From an uncultured bacterium (GTDB lineage Bacteria > Armatimonadota > DTGP01 > CAYSAW01): a stretch of 64,000 bases of DNA. The position numbers and the translations under genes were made by a program. Each line of letters begins with the position of its first letter. Positions within the stretch are counted from its first letter, which is position 1. Shown here piece by piece: positions 38,526 through 48,446 of this stretch. Location: positions 33,293 to 97,292 of the forward strand of contig CAYSAW010000002.1 of assembly GCA_964429225.1 (NCBI GenBank), written 5' to 3'. The notes beneath the pieces are model-generated. The model made no database searches. It worked only from the letters and a program-made list of their open reading frames with translations, and had not been told where the DNA came from.

Positions 38526-40309
38526 GCAAGCACAAGATTTTTTGGGGATTAGACCTAGGAAGTAGCGCGATTAAGCTCGTCCGCCTGGAAGAAACGGGCG
38601 ATGTTCTCAGTTTACAGACTTTCGGGCCTGTGCCCTTGGAATCCCCCTCCCTCCCTCTTCCGCAAGAACTTCTCATCTCTGGCTTAAAAAATCTGTTGGG
38701 GAGTCTTAACCGCCCCCCGAAAAGCGTGGTCGCCGCTCTCCCTCGGCATTTAGCAGTAGTCAAATTCCCAGCCCTCCCCAAAGCGGAGGAACCCCAGTTT
38801 GCCCAAATGGTGAAGCTAGAGGCTCAGCGATATGTCCCTTTTGCCCTCGAAGAGGTAGTCCTAGACTTCCACCCTTTAGGCTCTTTCCCCGATCCAGTTA
38901 TCTCAAAAGTACCTCGAGCAGAAAAAGAACGCATCCCCGAAACCGCCTCCTCAGGCTCTCCTCTAGCCGAAGTCTCCGGAGAAGTCCCCCAAGGCATATC
39001 CTCCCCTCCCTTGCCCTCAATGCCGGTAACTCCGGGGGTCTCGGAGTCCCTAGTGGAAGTCCTCCTCATCGCGGTTCAGCGAAACGTGGTCACCAACTAT
39101 TGGCGTGCTCTGAAAAGTGCCAATCTTCACTGTGAGCGATTAATGGTTAGCTCTCTTGGGTTAGCCTCCCTCTATCTTTATTCAGAAGCGGAGAATGCTC
39201 CTCCAGGAGTAGACCTGCTCTTGGATTTGGGGGGGCGGTCCACCGTTGTTACCGCCTTCAAAAAGGGGAAGATGATCTTCAACCGGGCGGCGACAGTAGG
39301 ATGCGATAGCCTTACCACCGCCTTGCAGTCAGATTTAAACATCAGCCTCTCTGAAGCCGAAGTCTGGAAGAGGGAACGAGGGCTAACTCTGCTCCAAAGC
39401 ACAACAGATTTACCCCATACTCAAAATTGGGTTCAAAACTTTCTCTCAGAAGTCCGCCGGTCGGTAGCTGCACTAACCTCAGAGCGAAGGGATGCAGTGC
39501 CCCAGCGAGTACTGATCGCCGGAGGAGGAGCCAAACTCCCCGCTTTAAGAGACTTGCTGGAGGAAGAGCTGGGTCTGCCCGTACTGCTTTTGCCTACCCA
39601 CTCTCTCCCGGCAGATCCTCAATTTATGGAAGCCACTGGACTGGCCCTTTTGGCCCTGTTGTCTCATAAGGACTCTTCAACCGCTTGCCCTTCTATCAAC
39701 CTTGTTCCTCCAGAGGTCGTTATTGAGGCTCAACGAAGCCGTCGGCTCCGGGTGATGCAAGGGGTGGGAACAGGGTTTGGAGTCCTTCTCCTTGCAGCAG
39801 GATATATTGGCTGGCAAAGCCTTCAGGAGAGAGCGGAAGAAGTGGCCCGGGTCCGGGCCGCCCAGCAAACTGTTCAACAGGTACAAAGGCAAGCCGATAC
39901 CATTAGCAAAAAAGTGAAAACTCTAGAAGAACAGATCGAGCTTCTAGAACCCACCCTTAATCCCAGTGCCACTTATCTCGATATTCTCAACGATATGGTC
40001 CAGCGAATGCCCGAGGGATTATGGTTAACCGGGATTACCTTAGAAAAGGGAAAACCTCTGGTTCTCCGAGGAACCGCTACCGGAAACGGCCCGATCGCCC
40101 AGTTTACCTCCGATCTGGGGAAATCCCCCTATCTCCAAGCCGTTACCCTCACCTACGCTAATGAGGCGACTATTGGAAACACCAAGGTCGTCCAGTTTGG
40201 GATTACCGCCCAAATTCGAGGCAATAAACCCAAACCCCAGAGAGTCCGTCGAGCTCGAACGCGTCCGGTAAGAGGTGCCAGCAGTGAGTCTGAGTCAACT
40301 CTCCGTTAG
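38522..40309 (+). CDS. PilM-PilN fusion protein (type IV pilus inner-membrane platform; GspL-like architecture)
   Basis: N-terminal actin-like PilM (IFWGLDLGSSAIKLVRLEE...). A later segment, INLVPPEVVIEAQRSRRLRVMQGVGTGFGVLLLAAGYIGW, matches the PilN N-terminal INLLP motif plus TM helix, followed by a coiled coil. A GTG at 38522 overlaps the gspK-like stop (GTGA); the alternative ATG is at 38477. Confidence 0.8.
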   Translation: MSKHKIFWGLDLGSSAIKLVRLEETGDVLSLQTFGPVPLESPSLPLPQELLISGLKNLLGSLNRPPKSVVAALPRHLAVVKFPALPKAEEPQFAQMVKLEAQRYVPFALEEVVLDFHPLGSFPDPVISKVPRAEKERIPETASSGSPLAEVSGEVPQGISSPPLPSMPVTPGVSESLVEVLLIAVQRNVVTNYWRALKSANLHCERLMVSSLGLASLYLYSEAENAPPGVDLLLDLGGRSTVVTAFKKGKMIFNRAATVGCDSLTTALQSDLNISLSEAEVWKRERGLTLLQSTTDLPHTQNWVQNFLSEVRRSVAALTSERRDAVPQRVLIAGGGAKLPALRDLLEEELGLPVLLLPTHSLPADPQFMEATGLALLALLSHKDSSTACPSINLVPPEVVIEAQRSRRLRVMQGVGTGFGVLLLAAGYIGWQSLQERAEEVARVRAAQQTVQQVQRQADTISKKVKTLEEQIELLEPTLNPSATYLDILNDMVQRMPEGLWLTGITLEKGKPLVLRGTATGNGPIAQFTSDLGKSPYLQAVTLTYANEATIGNTKVVQFGITAQIRGNKPKPQRVRRARTRPVRGASSESESTLR

Positions 40310-40841
40310 AGAAAAAATCCTCATCGCTTTAGCTCTCTTGGTCGCCCTTGTTTTCGGCATTCCCGCCTTACAAGGAATGTGGGATACCTTTGCTGGAACC
40401 GGAGGCCTAACAGTGGAAAAAGTACACCTCCAGCGCCAGCAACTCCAGCAAAAAATAACCCAACTCCAAGAAAGCGAAGAGCAGTTAAAAGGTAAAGTAG
40501 CCCAATTAGGTTATGAACAACCTGCAGAAACCATTATCCCTTTTCTTGTTCGCAAGATTGAGGCTCAGGCCCGAGCCGATCAGGTTCATCTTAATAGCCT
40601 TCGCCCTCTACGCCCCCGAAACCTAGAGGTGGTCACCGAAATCACCCTGGAAGTCCAACTCAAAGCCGATTTCCCCAACTTCGTTCGCTTCCTCTACGCC
40701 CTCTACGATCCGGAACTTAAACTCTCCATTGACCGAGTAAGAATCTCTTCCGGGAATGAAGAAACAGGGGAAGTAGATGTAGACCTCGCTCTCTCTGCCT
40801 ATTCTCTGAAGGCTTCCCCTACTTCCTCCAACCGCTCTTAA
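40275..40841 (+). CDS. PilO-like type IV pilus assembly protein
   Basis: Single N-terminal TM (ILIALALLVALVFGI), a coiled coil (LQRQQLQQKITQLQESEEQLKGKVAQL), then an alpha/beta domain. Sits immediately after PilMN. GTG start overlaps the upstream gene. Confidence 0.65.
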   Translation: MPAVSLSQLSVREKILIALALLVALVFGIPALQGMWDTFAGTGGLTVEKVHLQRQQLQQKITQLQESEEQLKGKVAQLGYEQPAETIIPFLVRKIEAQARADQVHLNSLRPLRPRNLEVVTEITLEVQLKADFPNFVRFLYALYDPELKLSIDRVRISSGNEETGEVDVDLALSAYSLKASPTSSNRS

Positions 40842-41069
40842 TAAGGTAAAATGAGCTAGAGCTAATAAAGGTCGAAAGGGGACCAAAAGATACCCTCCCT
40901 TGTAAGCAACTCTATCGAGAACTTCGGCATCTAACTTTTGGGATCACTAAGCAAGGAAGAACGTTAGAAGGGGAATTATTCCTCCTGGTAGCGTGACGTC
41001 TAGGGTAAAAATAACCTAATCCCCTGGAGATTGGCAGATGTAGAATAGCAAAGTTCTAGCGGCTGAGGG

Positions 41070-41903
41070 GTGGAAACAATGAAAATCATCAAGGGATGGA
41101 ACATTGTAGGGCTGATCATCCTTCTGTTGATCTCCTGCCTCAGCTGGATTTTCGCCCGCTCAAGTTCTCATCAACCTTTGCGGATTCCTTCTCCCCCAAA
41201 TTACTCCAAGGGAGGGAAACAGAATCCGAAGAAAGAGATCCACTTCAACGGCCATTCCCAAAGACAGATAGCCCGTTATTTACCGCTTCTCAAGAATAAT
41301 CCTTTTCTTCCTCCTTGGAAGAAAAGTCGAACGGTTTCTCCTCTCTCCTCGAATCCCCTAGGACCTCTTCCTCCCCTGGACCCCGCTCACTTGGAGCTCC
41401 GTAAAAATATTGTCTCCTCTTATAAAAACTGGGTTTACGCAGGTTATGCAGAAACAGAAGAAGGGCCTATAGCCCTACTAGAGCACCAGAAAACGAAGCA
41501 AGGGAGGTTTCTCTCTTTGGGAGGGCAATTGGAGGAAGCGAAGGTTTTCCTCCTTTCCCCCACAACCCTCTGGCTAACGGATCACGCTGGCAAGAAGTAC
41601 ATCCTTCCCTTAAACCAGCCCAACCTCTCCCCTCCCACTTCCAAAGAAGGCGCGAAAGGGGAAAAAGGGAAAAGTCCCGCAAGCAGTCCACCTAGTGGAG
41701 GAGGGTCTTCATCGGTTCCTGGGAACATCAATGCTCCTTATCTACCCCCACCGATAAAACCCTTTCCTCCCCAATCAGTAGGGCTGGATCAAGCTGGAAT
41801 CAAAAAACCCGTAGGGCTAGATCAAGAGGGTGCTAAAAAACTGGAAATCAATGGGGAACAAGGCTTCCAGCAACCGTTGCCTATGAAGATCGAAAAACAG
41901 TAA
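41070..41903 (+). CDS. Hypothetical membrane-anchored, proline-rich protein; possible PilP analogue
   Basis: N-terminal TM (IVGLIILLLISCLSWIF). Pro-rich low-complexity C-terminus with a tandem 11-aa repeat, VGLDQAGIKKP / VGLDQEGAKKL. Sits in the PilP position between pilO and the secretin. Confidence 0.4.
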   Translation: METMKIIKGWNIVGLIILLLISCLSWIFARSSSHQPLRIPSPPNYSKGGKQNPKKEIHFNGHSQRQIARYLPLLKNNPFLPPWKKSRTVSPLSSNPLGPLPPLDPAHLELRKNIVSSYKNWVYAGYAETEEGPIALLEHQKTKQGRFLSLGGQLEEAKVFLLSPTTLWLTDHAGKKYILPLNQPNLSPPTSKEGAKGEKGKSPASSPPSGGGSSSVPGNINAPYLPPPIKPFPPQSVGLDQAGIKKPVGLDQEGAKKLEINGEQGFQQPLPMKIEKQ

Positions 41904-41925
41904 GGGCTAAAACAACCTTCTTCTC

Positions 41926-44604
41926 TTGAAAGAAAAGCGAGGGAGGCAAAGTATGGATAGGAAGGTGGTGCTAATGCGTGGGACCCCTTTACTCTTAGCT
42001 ATTTATCTTTCAATCTGTTGGAGTTTTGCCCAACAAAAACCTGAGGGAAACATCCCTTCGGGAACTTCCCCCTCTCCTCAAAGCTCAACGACACAACCCG
42101 GTTTCTCAGGGGTTCCTAGCTCCGGAGCTAGGTCCCCCCAGTCCTCTTCTTCTTCAAGCAAGCAACATCCTCCCTCTCCTAACCTAGCCCAAATTTTAGG
42201 CCCCCTCCCCCGGAAGATGGTCTCAATGGATTTTCGGGGAGCGGATATAGACAATGTGCTCCTCTTTTTCAGTATGCAATCCGGAATTACCATTCTCAAG
42301 GACCCCTCTCTCACTGGCCCGGTAACGTTAATTAACGCTCGAAAGATCCCTCTACTCGAAGCTTTCCGGATTCTTGAAGCCGTACTTAACCAGAAGAACT
42401 TCACTCTTCGGCGAGAAGGCCCTCTTTTAAGAGTGGTGCCGAAAGGCCCCCCTCCTCAGCCAAGCCCCCCCTCTCAGGGCCCCCAACCTCTGACTCCTTC
42501 GCCAGAGCCGAAGAAAGAGAAGGAGACGAAGGTCTATCCTCTCAAGTACGCCAGCGCTCGGGCGGTAGCCAATATTATTAACGAGCTCTTCCGAGAAGGC
42601 CCTGCTCCCGGTGAACCGGGTGGCCCACCCAAAGGCCCTCCTCCCGGCGGTCCGCCCGGAGGCCCACCCGGACAACAGCAGCAAAAACCTTCTGCCAAAG
42701 CCTCAGCTGACGACTTCACCAATTCCGTTTTGGTAGTGGCCGATCGGGAATTGATACCCGATATCGATAAAGTCGTCCAGCAAGTGGATCAACCAACGGA
42801 GACCCCTCTGGAAACCCGGGTTTTCACCCTCCAATATGCGGATGCCACTGAGATGGCTTTGCAAATTGGCCCTATCCTCCAAACTCTACAGTCTGCCGGC
42901 CGAGGAGCGGTAACCCCCACAGGAACGGACGTTCCTTTTGAGCGCCGGATCTTCTTCGGTTCCTCTGCCCCTATCAGCATCGCAGGAGGCCGGGTGATCG
43001 CCGATGTACGCACCAACTCCCTCATCATCACCGCCTCTAAAGAAGTGCTTGATAAAATTGAAGACATCATTAAAAAGCTGGATGTTCCTGTAGAATATCA
43101 GACTACTACGGAGGTCATCCCTCTGAAAAATGCGGACGCCTCGGAGGTCACCTTCTTACTAGGGCAACTCTTCCAGGAACAACGTCGGCCCCAAAGCTTC
43201 TTCGAATTCCTCTTCTTTGGAGGCCCACAGCAGCAGAGAGGTCAAACGCGCCAACGCTTCCGACTAGGGGACCCCCGATCTAGCCGGCCACGAACCCAAA
43301 GGGGTTCCTCCTTCTTCCTCCCTGGCGCTTCCCAAGAACGGCTGAACAATGAGGAAGGCTTTCTTATGGCAAGCCTCTTCCCTCCTGGCGAACTTCCGAA
43401 TGAAGAGCGTGGGGCTTTTGCTCGGCCTTTCTCCCTTTCTCAAGGGAAAGGCCCCACCCGAGAAGCAGAACGACTGCTTCAACGGTTAAAATCTCTTGCT
43501 ATACGGTCGGGGAGGGGTTATCCCTTTTCCCAAACCTCTTCCAACCCCCCAGAGGAAGAGGACCAAGAAGTAGACCCCTCGTCGTTTGAGTTTGAACCTG
43601 CCCAGTTTTTTGGCTTTGAACTTCCCCGCCGCGGTTCTGAAACCCAAGTGGGCCGAGATCCCCAAGGGCGTATCCGCCCTCTCGTCAATCTTCCCGGCAA
43701 TGTGACCATTGTTCCCGATCTCAATACCAATAGCCTCATCATCAATACTAGCCCCTCCAATATGGAGGCCCTGAAACAGTTGATCAGCCAGATTGACATT
43801 GTCCCTGCCCAAGTTCTCATTGAGGCCATTATCGTTGAAGCAGTCCTCGATAAATCCAGCAAGTTAAGCCTGCGTTTGAATCTAACCGAGACGAATCCTT
43901 TTGGGCAACAAGGAGCAGGAGCCACCACAACAATAGACCTCCCCATAGGTGGAGGGGTACAGGGAGGGTTAAGATATAGCATCGTTGGGGCGTCCTTTGA
44001 CGCTCTCCTCCAAGCCTTACGCAGTGACCGAAGGTTTAATGTCCTGCAAACTCCCCGGATCCTAACCCAAAACAACCGCCAAGCAGCGATCAACATCAGC
44101 CAGGCCTTTCCTATTCTACGGTCCACAGCAACCTTTGGAGCAGCTGCTACCAACATTGATTTCATTGATATTGGGGTTATCCTTGATGTAACCCCTCATA
44201 TTACCCCGGGTGATTATGTGAACATTGAGGTAAGCCAAGAGGCCAATGAAATCCAAGGTTTTACCACCCTGAACAACAACCAAGTGCCCATCATCGCCCA
44301 GCGTAATACTGAAACCACAGTAACAGTGAAAGATGGTCAAACTATTATTATCAGTGGTTTGATCAAAGATACCGTCACTCGAAACGAAAACCGGATACCT
44401 ATCTTAGGTGACATCCCCTTGATCGGTCGCCTTTTCCGGTCTATAGACAAACAAAGAAGCAAAACAGAGTTAATGATTTTCCTAACCCCTCATATTGTCA
44501 AAAACCCAGCGGAAGTCCAAGATTTGACTTTTAAGCAGAGGGAGCAACTCCACGTAAAGCCCCGGTTCCCCGAAGAAGGCCCCCCGGAGAAGAAAAAACC
44601 TTAA
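41926..44604 (+). CDS. Secretin (PilQ/GspD family) with long low-complexity insertions
   Basis: C-terminal secretin domain: NVLQTPRILTQNNRQAAINISQAFPIL...TIIISGLIKDTVTRNENRIPILGDIPLIGRLFRS...KTELMIFLTPHIV. N-terminal N-domains are present. A Gly/Pro insert PGEPGGPPKGPPPGGPPGGPPGQQQQ lies at about 42600-42700. Confidence 0.85.
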   Translation: MKEKRGRQSMDRKVVLMRGTPLLLAIYLSICWSFAQQKPEGNIPSGTSPSPQSSTTQPGFSGVPSSGARSPQSSSSSSKQHPPSPNLAQILGPLPRKMVSMDFRGADIDNVLLFFSMQSGITILKDPSLTGPVTLINARKIPLLEAFRILEAVLNQKNFTLRREGPLLRVVPKGPPPQPSPPSQGPQPLTPSPEPKKEKETKVYPLKYASARAVANIINELFREGPAPGEPGGPPKGPPPGGPPGGPPGQQQQKPSAKASADDFTNSVLVVADRELIPDIDKVVQQVDQPTETPLETRVFTLQYADATEMALQIGPILQTLQSAGRGAVTPTGTDVPFERRIFFGSSAPISIAGGRVIADVRTNSLIITASKEVLDKIEDIIKKLDVPVEYQTTTEVIPLKNADASEVTFLLGQLFQEQRRPQSFFEFLFFGGPQQQRGQTRQRFRLGDPRSSRPRTQRGSSFFLPGASQERLNNEEGFLMASLFPPGELPNEERGAFARPFSLSQGKGPTREAERLLQRLKSLAIRSGRGYPFSQTSSNPPEEEDQEVDPSSFEFEPAQFFGFELPRRGSETQVGRDPQGRIRPLVNLPGNVTIVPDLNTNSLIINTSPSNMEALKQLISQIDIVPAQVLIEAIIVEAVLDKSSKLSLRLNLTETNPFGQQGAGATTTIDLPIGGGVQGGLRYSIVGASFDALLQALRSDRRFNVLQTPRILTQNNRQAAINISQAFPILRSTATFGAAATNIDFIDIGVILDVTPHITPGDYVNIEVSQEANEIQGFTTLNNNQVPIIAQRNTETTVTVKDGQTIIISGLIKDTVTRNENRIPILGDIPLIGRLFRSIDKQRSKTELMIFLTPHIVKNPAEVQDLTFKQREQLHVKPRFPEEGPPEKKKP

Positions 44605-44673
44605 CCCCTCGGATGGGTTTGGTAGCTGACCCTTTAGGGGTAGGTTAGTAGCCCCTATAATCCCCTGTCAACG

Positions 44674-44713
44674 GGGATGGTAGCTGCAGGCTAAAGCTTG
44701 CAGCTACCATCCC
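44674..44713. terminator. Strong 15-bp hairpin between convergent secretin and GH38 genes (candidate bidirectional terminator or attenuator)
   Basis: gggatggtagctgca-ggctaaagct-tgcagctaccatccc, a perfect 15-bp stem. Flanking sequence is not markedly T-rich, so function is uncertain. Confidence 0.4.
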
Positions 44714-44805
44714 ACCATCCAGGGGGTAGGTAAGGAGGTTTTGCAAGGCTTTCTAGTCTTTAGCCTAAAAAGAGAACCGCTTCAATCTTTTCTCATTGAA
44801 GCCCT

Positions 44806-47706
44806 TTATCCAATAAGAACCGTTACCAAACCGAAAGCGGGAATATCTACGCTCAGAACTCCCCCTTCTAACTTCGCTGTGTTTTGGGACAAAGGTCGCT
44901 CTAAAAGATCTGTTTCCACTGCTAAGGCATTTGGTAGGGCCAAAATTTCATCCAACTGAACCTGCGCTCGAGTCGGTTTTCCCTCCACCTCGTAAAGGCG
45001 GAGGACCAAAGCCTCCGAGTCCTCCGCCTTTTTCATCCCGCTTAACATAACATTCGGGGTAAGAAGATGGAGAAAACCTTTACGGGGAGGCAAAGTACCC
45101 TTCTGTGTTGTCGTAGCCACTACATTAAAGGGGAGGTTGAAATCGAAGCCCGCTCGAGTGGAATGAGCAGGCGTCCACTCGCCGATATGCGGTCGAAGGG
45201 CAAAACGGATACAATGATGCCCTAGCTCCGGCAGAGGATCGGGGTCATAGCTACTCCGTAAAAGGGAAAGGCGGAGGGTACTCCCCTGCACACTGTGGCC
45301 ATACTTGGAGTCATTCAAAAGAGTAACCCCTACAGGCTCTGGAGTATCAGGATGTTTTCCGGTTAAATCTACCCATTTTTGGGCAGGAACATCCGGTGGC
45401 CCCTCAGGGATAGCAATGCCTTGGGGAGGTGACCACTTCCAGGTATAAGTGGTTAACTGACGCGGGTCAGTAGACCGTTCCACATAACCATTAGGGCACT
45501 CAAAGGTAGCCTTGCCCTCTTGAAGCGCTAAGGGAAAAACAACCCTAAGTAGGGGAACCCCGCTTTCCGGATCCCCACGCTCTAACCAATCTATCTCCAA
45601 AGTAAAATCCACCCGAGGCACTCCCGAGGCCAAAGAAATGCTCAGAACAAAACGACTTTGGTTGAACCGATGGGAAGCCCGAATTGTCGCAAGATAAGGG
45701 CCTCTTTGAGGAAATTCCAAAATGGCTCCTTCTAAAAAAGGAATCGTCTTAATAATCTGGCCGATAACCCAGGCAGTCATCCCATGAGGCGCTTCCAAGG
45801 AATACTCCAAGAAACCTATTCGTTCTCCTGGGGGAACGAAGTCAATCCCTGTCTTCTTATCTATCAGGTGTCGAATCGCTCCCGAACTTTGATCCACTTC
45901 CACCAAGAAAAACTCGTTTTCAATCCGGCCTCGGCCATCCCCTCTGCATCCTTCCACCTTCCGAGGAAGAGGAGACCGTCCGATACTATAATTGCGGTAG
46001 CCTAATCCACCTACCTGGTGGGCAGGGAAAGCGACCTCGATAAAAGAATGCCCCCAATAATGCCCCCGCTGGATAAATTGGGCAGGGAAAAGGTTCCCCT
46101 GATCATCCTTAACAAGGATCTGATCGCTTGGGTAAGAACGATCCCAGATCCGTGCGGTTACAACCTCAGACCTTTCCCAAGGGCTGGGGTTAAAAACGAC
46201 AAAAGGGTCACAGCCCACTTCCCCTGCCGACCACCGGGTCACCGCTCCGTCCGCGGGAAGGTCTCCTGGGCCAGCTCCTATACCTGGGCCGACTCGTGGA
46301 GGGGAAACCCTTTCAGAAACCCCTTCACAAAGGCAGGAAGCAGAAGTGTCCACTCGGGTAGCGATAGAACGAAGGGCTCGAGTCTTGATCATCGAGGTGT
46401 GGGTAAGGATTTCCTGGAAGAGTCCTTGGGCGTAATCCCGAGTAGCCGGGACACCGGAACCAGGAAGAATATCATGGAACTGATTGAACATTGCATACTT
46501 CCAGGCAGTATGGAGAGCGGAGGAGGGATAAGGTAACCCCACGATCCCTCGAGCCAAGAGGGCGTATATCTCAGCCTCCACTAAAGCATTCTCACTCTTT
46601 CGATTGGCGTATTTGATTCGGCTCTGAGAGGTATAGCAGCCCTCAAAGACGAAGTTCAGCTCCGAGTTAACAACAGGCAAGTTCTTCGCCTTCGCCTCCG
46701 CAATTTGGAAAAATTCCTGCACCGTACTCAGCTTAACCCGGGGATAAAGGGGCCAAGAGTTCATCTTAAGAGCGTTTTCCAGGTCCCTGCGCGTAGGACC
46801 TCCACCGTGGTCTCCTACACCGAAAACAAAGAGGTAGTCCTTTAAACCTGTCTCCTTCTCAAATTCAAAGATCAGTCGGGTAAGATCGTGGGTAATAGCT
46901 CCATTGTACCAGAGAATGCTATCATCAAAAGCGAGAACTCGGGAACCATCTTTCCCTTGCCACCAAAAGAGCTTCTGGCCCTGACCTGCCCGGCAAAAGT
47001 AATAGTACTTCACTCCTGCCTTGGTCAATAGGGTAGGCAGAGTGTGGGAATGTCCAAAGGTATCCGGTTCCCAGTCCACCTTAACCGCGTCATAGGGAAT
47101 ACCCAGCTCCTCTTTAAAGAAACGTTTGGTATAAAGGAGGTGCCGGCACAGGATTTCACCCGAGGCTAAATTTTTATCTCCTTCCACCCAGTGATTGGCA
47201 GTAACTTCCCATCGCCCCTCCGCTATCCTCTGCTTTATCCTCTCCCATAGCTCAGGCAAATAATCTTTAACCAGCTGATAAACCGAGGCCTGACTCTGGG
47301 AAAAACGGAAGTCCGGAAACTCCTCCATCAAGCGATCTACGGTTAAAAAGGTATCATACGTGGTTGCCACTGTTTCGGGCCACCCCCACATCCAGTTCAT
47401 ATCAATATGGGCGTGGCCCACACAGTGCACTGTGTATTCTTTGGCTACCTGGCTGAGAGGAGCCATCAAATTCTCCGCTTGGGTGACTACCTCCTCAAGA
47501 GGAGTCCCTTTTGATAGCTCCTCCTCAACATAGTCGAGAGCTCGAGCGATAAGCTCCTCCCATTCAGGTTGCTGATCCGGATGAGCTTGAGCGAGCCGGC
47601 AAGCAAAATCCACCTCGAGCTGAAAACGTTCGAGCCACTCCTTTGAATGTTCGCCCCACTGACCAATCAACCGTAACTTCTGATCCACCGTTTCAAGGAA
47701 AGACAT
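44806..47706 (-). CDS. Glycoside hydrolase family 38 (alpha-mannosidase)
   Basis: HCVGHAHIDMNWMWGWPETV, the GH38 N-terminal catalytic signature. 966 aa, typical of bacterial GH38. Confidence 0.88.
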   Translation of the reverse strand: MSFLETVDQKLRLIGQWGEHSKEWLERFQLEVDFACRLAQAHPDQQPEWEELIARALDYVEEELSKGTPLEEVVTQAENLMAPLSQVAKEYTVHCVGHAHIDMNWMWGWPETVATTYDTFLTVDRLMEEFPDFRFSQSQASVYQLVKDYLPELWERIKQRIAEGRWEVTANHWVEGDKNLASGEILCRHLLYTKRFFKEELGIPYDAVKVDWEPDTFGHSHTLPTLLTKAGVKYYYFCRAGQGQKLFWWQGKDGSRVLAFDDSILWYNGAITHDLTRLIFEFEKETGLKDYLFVFGVGDHGGGPTRRDLENALKMNSWPLYPRVKLSTVQEFFQIAEAKAKNLPVVNSELNFVFEGCYTSQSRIKYANRKSENALVEAEIYALLARGIVGLPYPSSALHTAWKYAMFNQFHDILPGSGVPATRDYAQGLFQEILTHTSMIKTRALRSIATRVDTSASCLCEGVSERVSPPRVGPGIGAGPGDLPADGAVTRWSAGEVGCDPFVVFNPSPWERSEVVTARIWDRSYPSDQILVKDDQGNLFPAQFIQRGHYWGHSFIEVAFPAHQVGGLGYRNYSIGRSPLPRKVEGCRGDGRGRIENEFFLVEVDQSSGAIRHLIDKKTGIDFVPPGERIGFLEYSLEAPHGMTAWVIGQIIKTIPFLEGAILEFPQRGPYLATIRASHRFNQSRFVLSISLASGVPRVDFTLEIDWLERGDPESGVPLLRVVFPLALQEGKATFECPNGYVERSTDPRQLTTYTWKWSPPQGIAIPEGPPDVPAQKWVDLTGKHPDTPEPVGVTLLNDSKYGHSVQGSTLRLSLLRSSYDPDPLPELGHHCIRFALRPHIGEWTPAHSTRAGFDFNLPFNVVATTTQKGTLPPRKGFLHLLTPNVMLSGMKKAEDSEALVLRLYEVEGKPTRAQVQLDEILALPNALAVETDLLERPLSQNTAKLEGGVLSVDIPAFGLVTVLIG

Positions 47707-48417
47707 CTCTCACTCCTTTGGGAATCTCCTTTTGAAGGTGTTGAGAATAGAAAGTCAGCACTTTTGAAGCCAAGATCTCTTCTCTCTTCCTTTCTTCCAA
47801 GCCCCTTTTCTATATTTATGTTATTTTCCCTAGCCGTCTTTCTTCGAGTCTCCGGCCCTGTCCAATTTTACCACTGGGAGGGGAGGTTAAAGATAGGAGG
47901 AAAGGTTCGATAGCCGCGCCTTTTAAGGTGCGTATTGCTTTAGCCTGCGTTGAGCCTTGGTAACAGGGCAGGGTATTCGCTAACTCTACTTTGGCAGGAA
48001 GCCGTGGAGAGAGGAAAGGGCAGAAAACCCTTTTTAGCGGCGCAATAAAAGCGAAGAGGAAAGAATATATCCCCCTTCTGAAGATCTTTGGCCAATTCAA
48101 GAACCCCTTCAACCTTCCTAAGGGGAAAAGCTGCAGAGAGGGCAAAAAGAAGAAACAGAGCGATTTAGGAGCCCCGAAAGAAAAAGTGAAACGCGGAAGT
48201 CTCGGGGCCCCTTTCACCAAACCTGTCCCTAGCTAGGAAGCCATAGGAACCCCGCCACACTGGAACTGGGACGAGGGTCCCGTGGTACACTTTCCACAAG
48301 CCAGGGCTGTGGTCTCGAACATCTTCTCCGATTCGATCCGCGGTTTTTCGTAAGGCCGCTTCGGCCTCTTATTGGATTTTTGCTCCACTTTACACCTCCG
48401 CTAGGATCGGTAGCTCC

Positions 48418-48446
48418 AGGATAACAGGTATCCTGTCACTTGTCAA
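48418..48446 (-). promoter_or_regulatory. Candidate sigma70-type promoter overlapping an inverted repeat (operator-like)
   Basis: Minus strand reads TTGACA, a 17-nt spacer, then TATCCT. The -10 box lies inside the inverted repeat GGATA-cctgt-TATCC. Located about 740 nt upstream of the GH38 start codon. Confidence 0.3.

Noticed and set aside
47816-48220. 134-aa minus-strand ORF in the large intergenic region.
   Set aside because: Very low-complexity, Phe/Leu/Pro/Arg-rich translation without a start context. Looks like a chance ORF in non-coding DNA.
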